From Eledone cirrhosa (Eukaryota): DNA of 64,000 nt. The stretch's first letter is position 1. Every line of letters begins with the position of its first letter. Made by a program: the position numbers and the translations under genes. The notes beneath the pieces were generated by a model. It worked only from the letters and a program-made list of their open reading frames with translations, did not search any database and was not told the DNA's origin. Positions 1-13,386 of this stretch are shown here, in pieces. The stretch lies in contig OZ024740.1 in the NCBI GenBank assembly GCA_964016885.1, positions 335,172,001-335,236,000 on the forward strand, in the 5' to 3' direction.

Positions 1-2137
1 GGAGGAATATGGCTACAGTCTGGCTGGACTACAAGAAAGCTTTCGATTATGTTCACCACTCATGGATGATAGAGGCCCTCCAACTTGCTAAAGTCCCAGA
101 CATTATTGTCAGAGCCATAGAGAGGCTGTCTTCTTCTTGGGCTACTATCCTAAGGTTAAAGACAGAGAGGGAGGACTCTATTTTCACTGATAAAATAAGA
201 TATTGCAGGGGTATATTTCAGGGGGACAGTCTCTCTGTGATATTGTTCATCTTGTCATTAAACCCCTTGTCCTTTCTGCTCAAGAAATCTGAGGGATACA
301 TCATTGGATCACAGGAGGACAGAAATACAAACCTAACCCATAACTTCTTTGTGGACGATCTGAAACTCTATGCCAAGAACATGGATGAGATGAAGAAAAA
401 TCTTGACCTGGTTACAACGTTCTCAAAGGTTGTAGGAATGGAGTTTGGCCAAGATAAATGCTCATACATGACTGTAAAGTGTGGAAAAACAACAACTCAA
501 TCTAGCAACATTGTCTATCTGTTTCACCGATATCTGATGAGGACTGCTACAGATACCTGGGGATAGATGAGAACATATCCTATAATGGTATCTGTAATAA
601 AGAACGCGTAACCAGGAAATACTACACCCGATTAAGAAAGATCTGGTCATCGGAACTCTCTGTGCAAAACAAAACAGTGGCTCACAATGTGTTTGCTGTG
701 CCTGTCCTAACACCAACGTTTGGCATGCGCAATTGGACAATAGACGAAATCCGAGCAGTTGATGTTGGAACTCGAAAAATACTGAATAACACCGGAAACT
801 TCCACATCAACAGTGACATAGACCGCCTTTACTTGAAATGTAAGCAGGGAGGCACAGGCCTAACATCAGTCCAGACAACATTTGAATGTCGCATCATATC
901 TCTCCGACAACATCTACGAATCTCGAAACGTAGGAGCCCGCTTCTCGAGCAAGTCTATCTGCATGAAACAGATAAGATCATGAGAGTTGGGAAGGTACTC
1001 CTTGAGAGATATTCCCTGTGTGATAATCAAAAACTCACACCCAGGGATGTCGCTCAGCAGTATCGCAGTGAATCCATGGATGAAAAGCTGCATGCCTATC
1101 AGCAATAAATCATGCATGGATATGTTGCCAGGAAGCTCCAGAGTGAGAGTAATATAGATAAGGAAAGTAGTCTATCTTGGACCAACAACCGCTATATTGG
1201 CTCCCACTTTGAAGGATACGCTTTTGCAATCCAAGAACAGGAGATTAGCACGAAATACCTGATTCACAAACGAGATAGGGATGCAGGCAAAACACCTAGA
1301 TGTGATAACAAGTGCAGACTCTGCAGAACTAACATCGAGGATATCACCCATGTCATCAGCAGCTGCCAAAAGATGTCATCGCGGTACTATCTACCTATGA
1401 GGCATGATGTAGTGGCCAAAACACTGTACAATGCAGTTCGTAAAAAAAATAGCCCCGATAATAAACACATTAAAAGCTACAACAATGTGGAAGACATCCA
1501 TGTACATAATATGAAAGAGTACTGGTGGAATGTTCCAGTAAAAATCCCAATAAAATGCAGGCATAACAGACCAAATATTATGATATGGGACAGAGAGAAG
1601 AAAACATGCACAGTAGTGGAAATTAGCTGCCCAGCAGTTGCAAATATAATATCAAAGATTAGTGAAAAGGAGAATATTTATGCAGAACTGATGAGAAATC
1701 TGCTGATACTCCACCCTGATTACACCTTCAGATTTATGCCTGTGATTATTGGGGCACTGGGATATGTTAGTAACTGCCTCAATACAAATCTTGAGAAGCT
1801 AGGCTTCACAGGAACAGAAATAACACAACTAGTTAGGAAACTACAGGGTACAATCCATTAATGGAACAGTAAAAATATGTAAAACATTCCAAAAATGTTG
1901 CATCTAATAACTGCATATACACATGTACAGATACAAAGCATATACACATGCACACATACAACTCAAAACATACACATCCACACATACAATAACATGCATA
2001 TCTACATATGCATGCATACATACATATCTACCTAGTTGATGTTGTGTAAATTCCAATGAGAGAGTCTTGTGTCTATGTTAGAAACCGACTCTCTCTCTCT
2101 ATTGGTAAAACTTTGTGAAATTATAAAACCAGAAAAA
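1..2137 (+). mobile_element. R4/Dong-clade non-LTR retrotransposon (RT + CCHC + restriction-like endonuclease), 5' end outside window, inactivated
   Basis: RT motifs WLDYKKAFD, GIFQGDSLS, FFVDDLKLY, GMEFGQDKC (ORF 9-566); CRLC..EDITHVISSC zinc knuckle, RHD, RPNI..VVEISCP..KENIY REL domain (1112-1861). Frameshift near 510, in-frame TAA at 1106-1108, 1-nt frameshift near 1848. 3' UTR ends in ATAAAACCAGAAAAA followed by (CATA)n. Confidence 0.92.
9..1907 (+). pseudogene. Disrupted RT-REL endonuclease ORF of the R4/Dong LINE
   Basis: Three consecutive ORF pieces (9-566, 662-1108, 1112-1861) join into one RT/REL protein; catalytic PD appears as PN. Confidence 0.88.
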
Positions 2138-3217
2138 CATACATGCATACATACATACACACATACATACATACATACATACATACATACATACATACAT
2201 ACATACATACATACATACATACATACATACATACATACATACATAGGTTTTCTCCCGACAAGCTATTGGTCAAACCGAGGCTGGGGTGAAAGTATATTGC
2301 TGATGGTCACTTTCAGTGTAACAACATAGATGAAATATCTTTCTTTTCATAATTTGTCTCCTGCTGAAACCGAAGAAATTCCGTTTCCAGAAGTCATCAA
2401 TGGGAGAACCCATTCTTGTCAATCGGGAGATCTAACCACCTTCTCTCTCGTTCCACTATTTCTTGCTTATTGATTTTGCTGAACCACCATTTTCCATGGT
2501 TTTCCTATATTTCTTATGTAACCCAAGCACTTTAATTTCTACCTTTTAATGTGTTCTCTGTATTTTTGTGGTTCGTAAATAAGTTGTTGTTTTTTTTATA
2601 AATATCACTATTACGATAATCGCGGTGAATTGGCTGAATATTTAGAGCATTGGACAAAATGGCATATAGTTACGGCTATTTACGAGTTCAAATCTCACCG
2701 AAGTCCCGTCTGTGTTTCGGGGTTTGTATCTTCCTCAAAGTCACCTTCTAAATTATGTTATATCGATGTTCTGTACATTGCTGCATAGCATTTTTTATAA
2801 AATGTTATTTTAATTCTTAATTTAATTTTTTTTCATTTATGATTTTACGATATATCTACAAATAAACTGTGTATCAGCGTCCTTTAAATAAAACACTTAT
2901 ATCAGTGATAGGCATATTCAACACATAATTAAATAAAAGCAAAATAAATAGAAAATGAAATGTGTAAAATATATTTTTAAAAAACACAATTTACCTTGTG
3001 AAGAAGGCGTCGGTAAGCGGATGTTGATGACATCACGACGACTATATTACGAGTGGCGCCCTCCAGTTGGTCGAGCTGTCGTAACATCTTATGAGTGTTT
3101 TCTATGTCATCAATCCGACGTACCACAACCTCGAGTGGGTCTGTCGAATTATTAAATGAGTCGTAGATATGTTGAAGATGAATTAAGCCTGTGGGGAAAA
3201 ATAAAGAAATAAATAAA

Positions 3218-3288
3218 GAAGAAGAAGAAGAAGAAGAAGAAGAAGAAGAAGAAGAAGAAGAAGAAGAAGAAGAAGAAGAAGAAGAAGA
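3218..3288. repeat. (GAA)n microsatellite
   Basis: Direct reading. Confidence 0.95.
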
Positions 3289-4023
3289 TGTCTCTGTGGT
3301 CACTAAATCCTTCTCAGTGTGCGTGTTCGCATATCCTTAGAGTATAAATGTTACAATTAGGCTTATTTTAGTCGCAAATAGACGGGATGATCTTGGTTGG
3401 AATACAGCCCCTCTTCATATGTTGTTTATTTTTTATCGATAAGAACTTATCTATGTTTTAACAACAACAACTATAGCAGCAATTTGAATATTAAACTCAA
3501 AACCAATTACATCACTCGAATAGATGCACACTAGAATCAATTCCCAAAGAATGCGCGAATATAACGAAGTAAATCACGAATAATTGAAATACCATGCTAA
3601 TGAGCAGATAATTTATATTACGATCAAATTTATCTGTCTGCGGTAAAGCGAAAAACCAGCAGCTAATGATTGCACTTGAAAAACGAATTTGCAAAGAAAA
3701 ATGCTTTGGTTATCTTTTTTCTTTTCTTGGCTCATATATGACTATTTTTCTTGTTGTGGTTTTTGTTGTTACTGTTATTGTCGTTAATTCATTCTTGATT
3801 CATCACAACTATGATCAACATTAATGCAATTAGTACCATCCTATCATTCGGCTTTTTTCAGGCATTGTGTACCCAGGATAGTATAATATTATCTAGTTCG
3901 TCCTTTTTAAACAGTGGGTTGTAATTTTAAGTCGATATCGCTCCCATTTATCACGGTTTCCTTGTTGATTTCTCTTATAGAGTATTGCAGCATTTGTCAT
4001 CTATCACACACATACACTCACAC

Positions 4024-4107
<84 letters not shown>

Positions 4108-4128
4108 ATATATATATATATATATATT

Positions 4129-4170
<42 letters not shown>

Positions 4171-4366
4171 AACATACATATGCATATGTTAAAATATGCA
4201 TGTTTGTATGTAAGTATATATGCATATATACTTACATACAAACATGCTTATATACATATATGCCTACACACATGCATGCATGCATGCTTGCATACATACG
4301 TACATACATACATACATACATACATACATACATACATACATACATACATACATACATACATACATC

Positions 4367-4735
4367 ACTGGGATATGTTAGTAACTGCCTCAATACAAAT
4401 CTTGAGAAGCTAGGATTCACAGGAACAGAAAGAACACAACTAGTTAGGAAATTACAAGTACAATCCATTAATGGAACAGTAAAAATATGTAAGACATTCC
4501 AAAAATTTTGCATCTAATAACTGCATATACACATATACAGATGCAAAGCATATACACAGGCACACATACAACTCAAAACATACACATCCACACATACAAT
4601 AACATCCATATCTACACATGCCATATCTACCTAGTTGATGTTGTGTAAATTCCAATGAGAGAGTATTGTGTCTATGTTAGAAACCGACTCTCTCTCTATT
4701 GGTAAAACTTTGTGAAATTATAAAACCAGAAGAAC
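4367..4735 (+). mobile_element. 5'-truncated second copy of the R4/Dong LINE (3' end only)
   Basis: Near-identical to ~1756-2137 ([17 protein letters not shown]...[11 protein letters not shown] plus 3' UTR); flanked on both sides by (TACA)n. Confidence 0.92.
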
Positions 4736-5870
4736 ATACATACATAGAAGCGTAGTGCTCACTCTATAATCTTGGACAAACGGCATGTCACTGCAATTAC
4801 TAAGTCTTACTGTAAACGATGATTTCTTTGGCTCATCATACCTTAATCCTATAACAATATCAGTGTAACATAAATTTCTTCAACATCTGACAGCTATATG
4901 AAACGCAATGAGACCCAAGATGGAATATTTCTCAAACAACCAGAACGGTGCTGCTGTTACAGAGGAATATATAACAGACCGCTTCCAAAACGGAAGCTTT
5001 TCACATAATAATTTTCCCATATCGTTGACTCACAAACGTTCCAGGTATTTGATTTAACAATGTCCCGATACGTTTACCTAATGACATTTACTCACTCGAT
5101 GATTTCACAAAATCTACTTAAATTTTTTTATAGAGACTTTCGTTATTTTAAATCAGCAAACTTCCGTTACTTTTGCCCTATCAACCTATTGTTCTCCTTA
5201 ACTGAACAAATTTCTTTCAATTTTTACTGAATATCATTTCCGTATTCACTGAACACATTTCACTTAGCTTAGAATTAATAGCCTTCTCTTACATTTTACT
5301 TAACAATTTCATCTTGCTTTTCACTCTACACCCTTCCCTTACACTCAATAACAGACAAAAACAATGAATCACAAGTTCCTTTTCACATGGAACTGTTGTT
5401 ACACCTTTTTTCAATAAAAATGAAATTAAACTAGATACACGTTCCAGGAAAAAACCAGAATGTAAAAATATCAAAACAACTAAACTTTAATCCATCAGAG
5501 AGGACATCTATATAGTTTAATGAAAGAGTAAAGTAAACGAAGGGATGCAGTCAAACAAAAGCCACTCAGTAAGTAGTCAGCTACGAACAATCAGTGGAAA
5601 ATATATAAGTATTTAAATAACAAGTTTTGTACTCTTTTAACTAAATATACGTTCATAATGCATATATACAAACATACTTACTTACATACATAAATACATA
5701 CTTATATGCATAGAGACAGGCCTACCTCCCTACATACATACATACATAATGAGTACCTGTGGGTATCTGGGATATAGTTGTTCAGTTTCATTTAAAATCA
5801 TACAGAGTAAAATCAGAGTACATGTCATATATCATATATCATAATACCAAACACTCAGCGATTTACTTAC

Positions 5871-6111
5871 CATCATCTGAATCGAAAATATAGAAAATTC
5901 GCCTCCACCGATAGAAGTTGATCAGCTCTGTGATGGCTGGCACATAGGACGGGCTCATATGTATTTCAAATGGATAACTTGGCAGTTGATGTCTTGTAGC
6001 TACATTCAGAACGAATACGGGTAGATGCACTGTATGCTTGAACAACATGATGTGATATTGGGTTGTTTAATATAAAAAGTGCGAAAATACCCATAGCCGA
6101 CTGAGAGCAAA
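5871..6111 (-). CDS. GRIA: AMPA-type ionotropic glutamate receptor, amino-terminal-domain exon (putative exon 3), frameshifted as assembled
   Basis: Acceptor AG at 6113-6112 after a pyrimidine tract, donor G/GTAAGT at 5870. Translates (I)CSQSAMGIFALFILNNPISHHVVQAY / VHLPVF...PFEIHMSPSYVPAITELINFYRWRRIFYIFDSDDG, matching GluA FCSQFSRGVYAIFG...LHVSF...PFVIQMRP...LIEYYQWDKFAYLYDSDRG with phase-1 boundaries. Length 241 nt. Confidence 0.85.
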
Positions 6112-6348
6112 CTGAAAAGAGAAGTAAAATGAAAAAACACAAATCGTTAGGTAAAGCAACACTTGTAAATGATGACGTAAATTATGTCTACAATACCCAA
6201 AAAATATATAGAATATTTTATTCTCCTTATATATTAATATATCCTTATCTCCATAGTATATTTCAATAGAAGAAAAGAAACAGCGAATAACTTGTCAAAG
6301 GTCAAGTTTTTTATTGGTTTGAGAAGTATGAAAGAAACATATAGACAT

Positions 6349-6429
<81 letters not shown>

Positions 6430-6433
<4 letters not shown>

Positions 6434-7022
6434 TGGCTGCCAACTCGTTTTCGAGTACGGTCACTATTTTATATCCATGTAGGAGAACCCCTACCGATGC
6501 GCTGAACGAGTGTGACATTTTAGTCCAGCCAGCGACTTGAAAACTCTGGTACAAACTTTACACTTGTCACAATTATTGACACATAGTGCTGGGCCCATGG
6601 TGCCATGTGATGACAAGTGCAGAGAGATCTCCAGATATAAAGCAATGCCTGTGCCGTGAAGCTTTTATAGTGAGCAAAGGCACTGCACAAAGCCAGTCCC
6701 ACTCTCTTAACCAAGATGATATTTACTAAAAAGAAGAAAAAGTCAACATCATTGGATACCATCAGGGTTGCAGGTGTTATATCACAGTTTTCCTTCTAGA
6801 ATTCTGCCTTGACAAAGGCTAAGGGGTCATCTCTACCGGTGATTTTGGATGGCCATTGACTCTTAACAGCTCCTTTGCCCTTTGACAGGTTTTGTTTTTA
6901 GTCCTGCAGGATGTCCAAAGTCACCCTCCTCACCAAGAAACCTTGGTGGTGTTGCCAGTTTAGTGGCCAACGACCCGACCATGCGACAGGTTGTACTGGG
7001 ATACATGTTACCAGTAGCACCA
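6430..7022 (-). mobile_element. Interspersed repeat, probably 5' region of an RTE-type LINE or a derived non-autonomous element
   Basis: Homologous to 39260-39800 (+), which directly abuts RTE-like RT fragments; flanked by TA microsatellites. Confidence 0.55.
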
Positions 7023-7154
7023 GCTGTATATATACATACATAAATATATATATACATACATAAATATAAACATACATACGCACATTCATAGAATATACAT
7101 ATATACATGCAATCATACACACAGAATCATACACACACACACACACACACACGC

Positions 7155-7208
<54 letters not shown>

Positions 7209-7856
7209 ACGTATATATGTATGTACGCATGTACTTTTTTATGCATGTGTGTATGTATATATATATGTGTGTGTGTGTGTGTATGTGTGTATATATATAT
7301 ACGTATGTATGTGTACATACATAGGTATGTGTATATATATATATATATGTACACATTCCTATATATGTACATATACATACGTACCTATATAGTATATACA
7401 TATATATATATACGTAATCACACATACATGCATACGTACGTACATACATACATACATACATACATATATACATACATGCATATCGACAAGAAGGCATGCA
7501 TGGACTCAAAAGTATACATAAGAAAAATAATATAACTCGAGTGGGATTCAGTAAAAGACCCAATGAAAATTTACGATGATGGTGCTGCTAAACTTGGAAA
7601 TATTACGCACAAAAAAACTCTACTACATCCTATTAAGCAATATATAAAAGTAGTTCCTCATATATTTCACCAGAGACAAGATATTGGTCTCGTACATGTA
7701 CCAACTCATCATACTCAATAGACGAATATTCTTCATACCCAAGCAGCTAGACAATTTGTCACAGAGTGTTGGATTCAAAATTAATCGAAATCGGTAAACA
7801 TAACGACGCAAGTGATTTTATACGATAAACGTTTTTTGTCGCCTGGACGCACTTCC

Positions 7857-7990
7857 ATGGCTGTTTTGTTAAGGAGTTCACTTCATAAATATTTGGTTGG
7901 GGTACAATAGGCAAGTGTCTTCTACTAGAGCTTCGAGTGAACCAATGCCTTGTGAGGGATATTTAGTAGATGGAAACAGCGGAAGAGAAT
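7857..7990 (+). mobile_element. Degenerate Octopus-type SINE (second family)
   Basis: GGCAAGTGTCTTCTACTA..CCAATGCCTTGTGAG..GATGGAAAC core; related copy near 19580-19735. Confidence 0.6.
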
Positions 7991-8060
7991 CATATATGTA
8001 TTCGGTTGACCACCTAAAAGATTTGTTTTTGTTTGTTTTTTGTAGGGGGCATTAAATAAT

Positions 8061-8275
8061 GATTTCTACTATAGGAACATGGCCAGCAATTTTGGGGGAG
8101 GGAAAAGTCGATTAAACCCACAACAGTACGTGACTGGTACTTTATTTAATCGACCCTGTAAGGATGAAAGGCAAAGCTAAACCTAGCGTGATGTGAACAC
8201 AGAACGTAAAGGCACGTAACTCTATGCTGCAAAGCATGTTGTCACACACTCTGCCATTACTACTAATCCACCGCC
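8061..8275 (-). mobile_element. Octopus-type tRNA-derived SINE (older copy)
   Basis: GACCC(C)GTAAGGATGAAAGGC core shared with many copies in this window. Confidence 0.85.
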
Positions 8276-8295
8276 ATGTAGGGGTGTTAAATAAT

Positions 8296-8480
8296 TGTTT
8301 CTACTTTAGGCACAAGGCCAGCAAATACCCAGTGCATTACTGGTACTTTATTTTATCGACCCCGTAAGGATGAAAGGCAAAGTCAACCTCGGCGGGATTT
8401 GAACTCAGATCGTAAAGGGACGTAACTATGCTGGAAAGCATGGCGTCCGACCCTCTACCGATACTGCCAATCCACCACCC
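8296..8480 (-). mobile_element. Octopus-type tRNA-derived SINE with ~20-bp TSD
   Basis: Minus strand has TGGCAGTATCGG (A-box-like) and GAGTTCAAATCCC (B-box); TSD ATGTAGGGGTGTTAAATAAT at 8276-8295 and 8481-8500. Confidence 0.9.
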
Positions 8481-9654
8481 ATGTAGGGGTGTTAAATAAT
8501 GTTTATAAGATATATATTCTCTACTAATAAATATTGAGAACTCATTTAAAATTGGCTTCTCTCATACTTATAATAAAAAGATTTCCTTTAATATCGCAAA
8601 AATCACAATACATATTTCTATGACCTGATCACATCACTAGATCATTGTGTATGTATGTATGTATGAATGATGGTATGTATATGGAATCCCTAAGTGGTCA
8701 CGATTAACATTATCCCAGTATTTTAGTTGCAGTTGGTGTTATTGTCGTCGTTAGCACTGTTGTTATTTTTGTTGTTATTTTTGTTGTTTTTCTTCTTCCT
8801 GTTCAGCCCCACATACCCAAATTCAAGCTAACATATAATCAATGTTATTAAAGCTGTGAACTATTCAGACATAATATATTATTGCTTCTAATATTCAACG
8901 AATATCTATTTTATTTGGTGTTTATTTTATTTTATGTTATTTTATTTCAATCTATAAGGAGTGATAGATATTGGTGCTAATCAGAGTACGTTGAGCAGCT
9001 TCAATGAGGGTTTTTTTTATTGGCTCGAATCTTTAATAGACTCTTGCAATATGTTGCAAAGGGAGTTGAAACTGTATGTCGAAGGGGCTGCCTCATCAGG
9101 AACTTACAAACGCAGCAGGATGGCGCCCGTCTAACAATTTTATTAAGATACCATTAATGAATTTTGTTTTGGATCGTTTTGATGTTGCTCAGTAGGAGAG
9201 CCAAAAAATGCGTCAATGGGTTAGTGGGTGGTGGTTGTCCAACATGGATTGTTAATGGCTTTGTGATAACAAACAGCAAAAATTTTGATAAAAACTAAAC
9301 GAATATAGTCCTGATAAATTAATTCGATGTTTTTTAGAAGGGCCGCCTCTTCCAACACCATTCCATATTTAAATTAAAATGGACATGGGAAAGAGTCAAG
9401 CAGACGCCCATGAATTAGGTTGCAGGAGATAGTACAAGAAACACACACACACATAGGCTTGCACATACATGATTATATATACGTAAACATATTTTACATA
9501 TTGATAGTCTGCGGTACTTGAAACAGGGAGCCCACAACTCAAAGATGTACTCGATACATGGTATGGTGAAGAGTGGATATAATCATAAAAGTAGAGGTTC
9601 GACCACGATCGCGGTTTCGACTAGTTACTTATAAGAGGTTACTTATATATATAT

Positions 9655-9759
<105 letters not shown>

Positions 9760-9810
9760 CTATCCAGGAACCTCCAACCGTTAAGGTTGTCTTTTTTCCG
9801 GGTATGTCAA

Positions 9811-9876
9811 TATTTTATCTGACGAAAGCGCACCGTAATTTGCCTTGGTTGCCCTTGAAATATATATAATAAAATA
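9811..9876 (+). ncRNA. Type I hammerhead ribozyme motif (solo PLE pLTR-like)
   Basis: TATTTTAT-CTGACGA-[stem II AAGCGCACC/GGTTGCCCTT]-GAAA-TATATA-TA-ATAAAATA; perfect 8-bp stem I, palindromic stem III. Confidence 0.7.
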
Positions 9877-10039
9877 AATATGGTATTATAAATATAGTTT
9901 CGTATTTATTAATATATTGTGTCTTTACTCCACTATTTGTTGAGTGCTTTATATCAGCTACAAAAATGTTTAAGCTTGTTGAATCCCAACAAATTAAATA
10001 TAACCTCTGCATATATATATATATATGTATGTATATATA

Positions 10040-10130
<91 letters not shown>

Positions 10131-10521
10131 CATAAATCATAAATCATGTCCCTAGAATTATTAGATAAAATATATACCATATATATTAATATGCACACGC
10201 ATAGATCTCTTATTCGCATGTTAATTTATAATGAAATATAGTAACACTGTCATTTATGTTTTATTATATAAACCACATGTAACACTTAAAATGTATACAT
10301 AAATACACACGCGCACTCACACACACCACTGAAACATTTAAATTAATAAATTAGCATACTATTATACCATAATCATAGAAATATGTAAAATAATCAGTAA
10401 TATTATTTATTTGTCAGTTTATGTGTGTGTATATGTTTCTGTGAGTCTCTCTCTTTCTCTCTCTCTCGCTATCGCTCTCGCTCTCTTTCTCTCTCTCTGT
10501 CTCTCTCGCAATATATATGTT

Positions 10522-10561
<40 letters not shown>

Positions 10562-10644
10562 TAACAGATTTGCTCTACGGTTCTTATATATTTGATATAT
10601 ATTTATCCTTATCGAGCCCTCTTTGGATTTTATTATATTATTAT

Positions 10645-11708
10645 TACTATATTGATATTACTATATTGATATCGTCTACGTAACAAGAGTACATGATGTA
10701 CACTAACCAGTGTAGAAAGGCCCTGAGAAAGACCCACTTAAAGATTAAGGTGGTAGAAAAGCCAGGAACCACCATAAAAGCCCTGATCAGCAAAACCTAG
10801 CCTTTTAAGAAAACCCACTGTACTAATAGGAAATGTATCATATGTAAAGTAAACCCCCGGATAAACTGTAAAACTAGAAACGTAGTCTATAGCATAAGAT
10901 GTACAGATGGTAATTGCAGAAACATGACAATAACATACATAGGCGAGACAGCTCGTAGCATAGGTGAAAGGATAGACCAACACTGGGGGGAACTAAAAGG
11001 ACGAAAAAACGGTTCAGTACTATACGAACATGCCAGACAACAACACGACGGTAACATAGACAACATAGAAATTAGAATAATATCTAAACATAGAAATGAC
11101 CCAGCACAGAGGCAAATCAGAGATGCCAGTGAAATAGAACTTAGAAGGCCAAGGCTAAACAGAAGAAATGAATGGAATAACAACAACACCCAAACAAACA
11201 ATACAGACATAAGAGAAATATAAATAAATAAATAAATATATACACAAGCACAATAACAACAAACACATATAAACACACACTAGTAAAGATAGAATACATT
11301 AACCAATACACAGTCACCCAAACACGAACACACATCAAACAAAACACTATACACACACGCAAACGCATGCGCAAAGAAGACAAAAAAATAAACAAATAAA
11401 TAAATATATAAACAGACTAAATAAAGATGGCATAGACATACGATGCAACGGGAGGAAACAATAGCACCACTGACGATGTTGCAGATGTGCAACGAAAGAA
11501 CTTTGATAGACTATATATATATATATGTGTTTGTGTCTATATTGTATCTGTATTTTTGACCGTTGGTCAGTCAATGGCAACATTGAGGACCGAATAAATT
11601 AGATTACCGATATATAAGACACAGAAGCGAAAAGCGAAAACCAACCAAACAGTGAGTGTGTTCTATTATTAATTCTGGCAATATTACACAAATATGACCC
11701 TCCCCAAG

Positions 11709-11712
<4 letters not shown>
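10645..11712 (+). mobile_element. 5'-truncated Penelope-like element (GIY-YIG + 3' pLTR), same family as 33386-35368
   Basis: NVVYSIRC..TYIGETARSIGERIDQH GIY-YIG; in-frame TAG at 10798-10800; HHR core CTGACGA-T-GTTGCA/TGCAAC-GAAA near 11470-11497; inverted RT (YVDD) fragment at ~10660-10698. Confidence 0.9.
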
Positions 11713-11754
<42 letters not shown>

Positions 11755-13287
11755 TATGACACACCTATTGAAATCAATGGAGGAGATTAAAATGCCTGTA
11801 ATCAAAAACCAACAGAAATATGCATAATTTCCATGCACTTTTTATTCACTTTCTAGTGCTTATAATTACAGCCATTTCATGTATGACTTACTCTCAACTT
11901 TTAAGGCGTCTTCAACCATGAAAATTTACTGAAGTTATGTTTTACTTTTAAAATGTGCATGTTGATTATGTTCAAGTTGCTGATATATTTTAATAGATTA
12001 ATTATTGAATTTAACATTTAGAAGATCTGCAAATTTCTGAGATGGTCCAGTAAGCTAAAAGCTACAATTGTGTAGCTCTAGCTACGGTAATTTCATAAGA
12101 CAGCCCGTTTAATCATTACAGAAATACGATCATATATCTGATCATTTAAGGTTGATCTAGATTAAAATATAACAACTTGAGTTACATATATCTGTCACAA
12201 TACGAATATTATTACTATGTCCACCCTAAAGCGTTTAAAAACAAATATGACATGAATCCGCGCAGCTGGTATGAGGCTGTTATAATATGCAAATGACTTT
12301 CTCATTACATTTCACTGGTAGGTTTTAATATTACCACGGAAACAGCCGCGCTATGTGTTTTGACCTACATATAAGAAGATATCTTTAGAGAGACCCTACG
12401 ATCGAATAGTTAATGTTTGCTTATAGAATTATAAAATGTTGAGTGATGTATAGATGATTCTTTTTATGTGTGTTATTATAATTTAGCCCCTGCTCAGTCT
12501 TCATTTAGCTGCCCAATGCTCATATATTTTCCGGCTGTACATCTTCTATTCTATTTTTCAAACGTAGTACATCTAAATTACCAATTCTCTCCATTAAAAC
12601 AGATTCTTCTTTGTTTGAGATGTGGCTGCTATATTTCAGAGTTCGAGAAATTATATAATTATGTCCCATGAAGATAAAATTTATTCCAATTTTATGAGAC
12701 GATACGAGACCGGAGGTAGAAAACTTTTCCCTAGAAGAGACACCTTTCCATCGCAAGGTTAATATTCAACTATTGCTGGTATTCATTTTTCTCTCATTTA
12801 TACTGGTTGGAGCATGGAGAAATTAAGTGCTTTGTCCAATTACTCGAAGCGTAACCCATTCCGCAAATGAAACCCACGAACTTACAATTCTGAACTCATC
12901 ACACTAACCTACGCATTTCACTGATTGGAAGACACAGATTTATAAGGAAATGAAATTACATTTTATTACGCACATTAGCTTCTCAATGTTAACAAATAAA
13001 TAAAAGTTATTAATCACGAGGATCACCAGAAAGGTTCATTAACTTCGGTTAAAGTAGCGTTAGAATGATGAAAGGTAAATCTTCTCCGGGATACGGGTTT
13101 AAAAATCTAATGAAATGTATTACCCAATTACTCAAAAATGGAATTAATTCAAGTGGGAATTGAAATATCGTCATGCTTTCTATTTCAATACCATAAACTT
13201 TCATTAATAATTTCTGAAAGCAATGAAATCTACTTAAACACACCTGGGTTCATTACATAGGTTTATAAATAGCTGTCCATATATATA

Positions 13288-13386
<99 letters not shown>

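Noticed and set aside
4800-4900. Possible next receptor exon (minus-strand GTAAGA donor near 4810)
   Set aside because: Stops in all three frames nearby and no similarity to the expected GluA exon; downstream exons probably lie outside the window.
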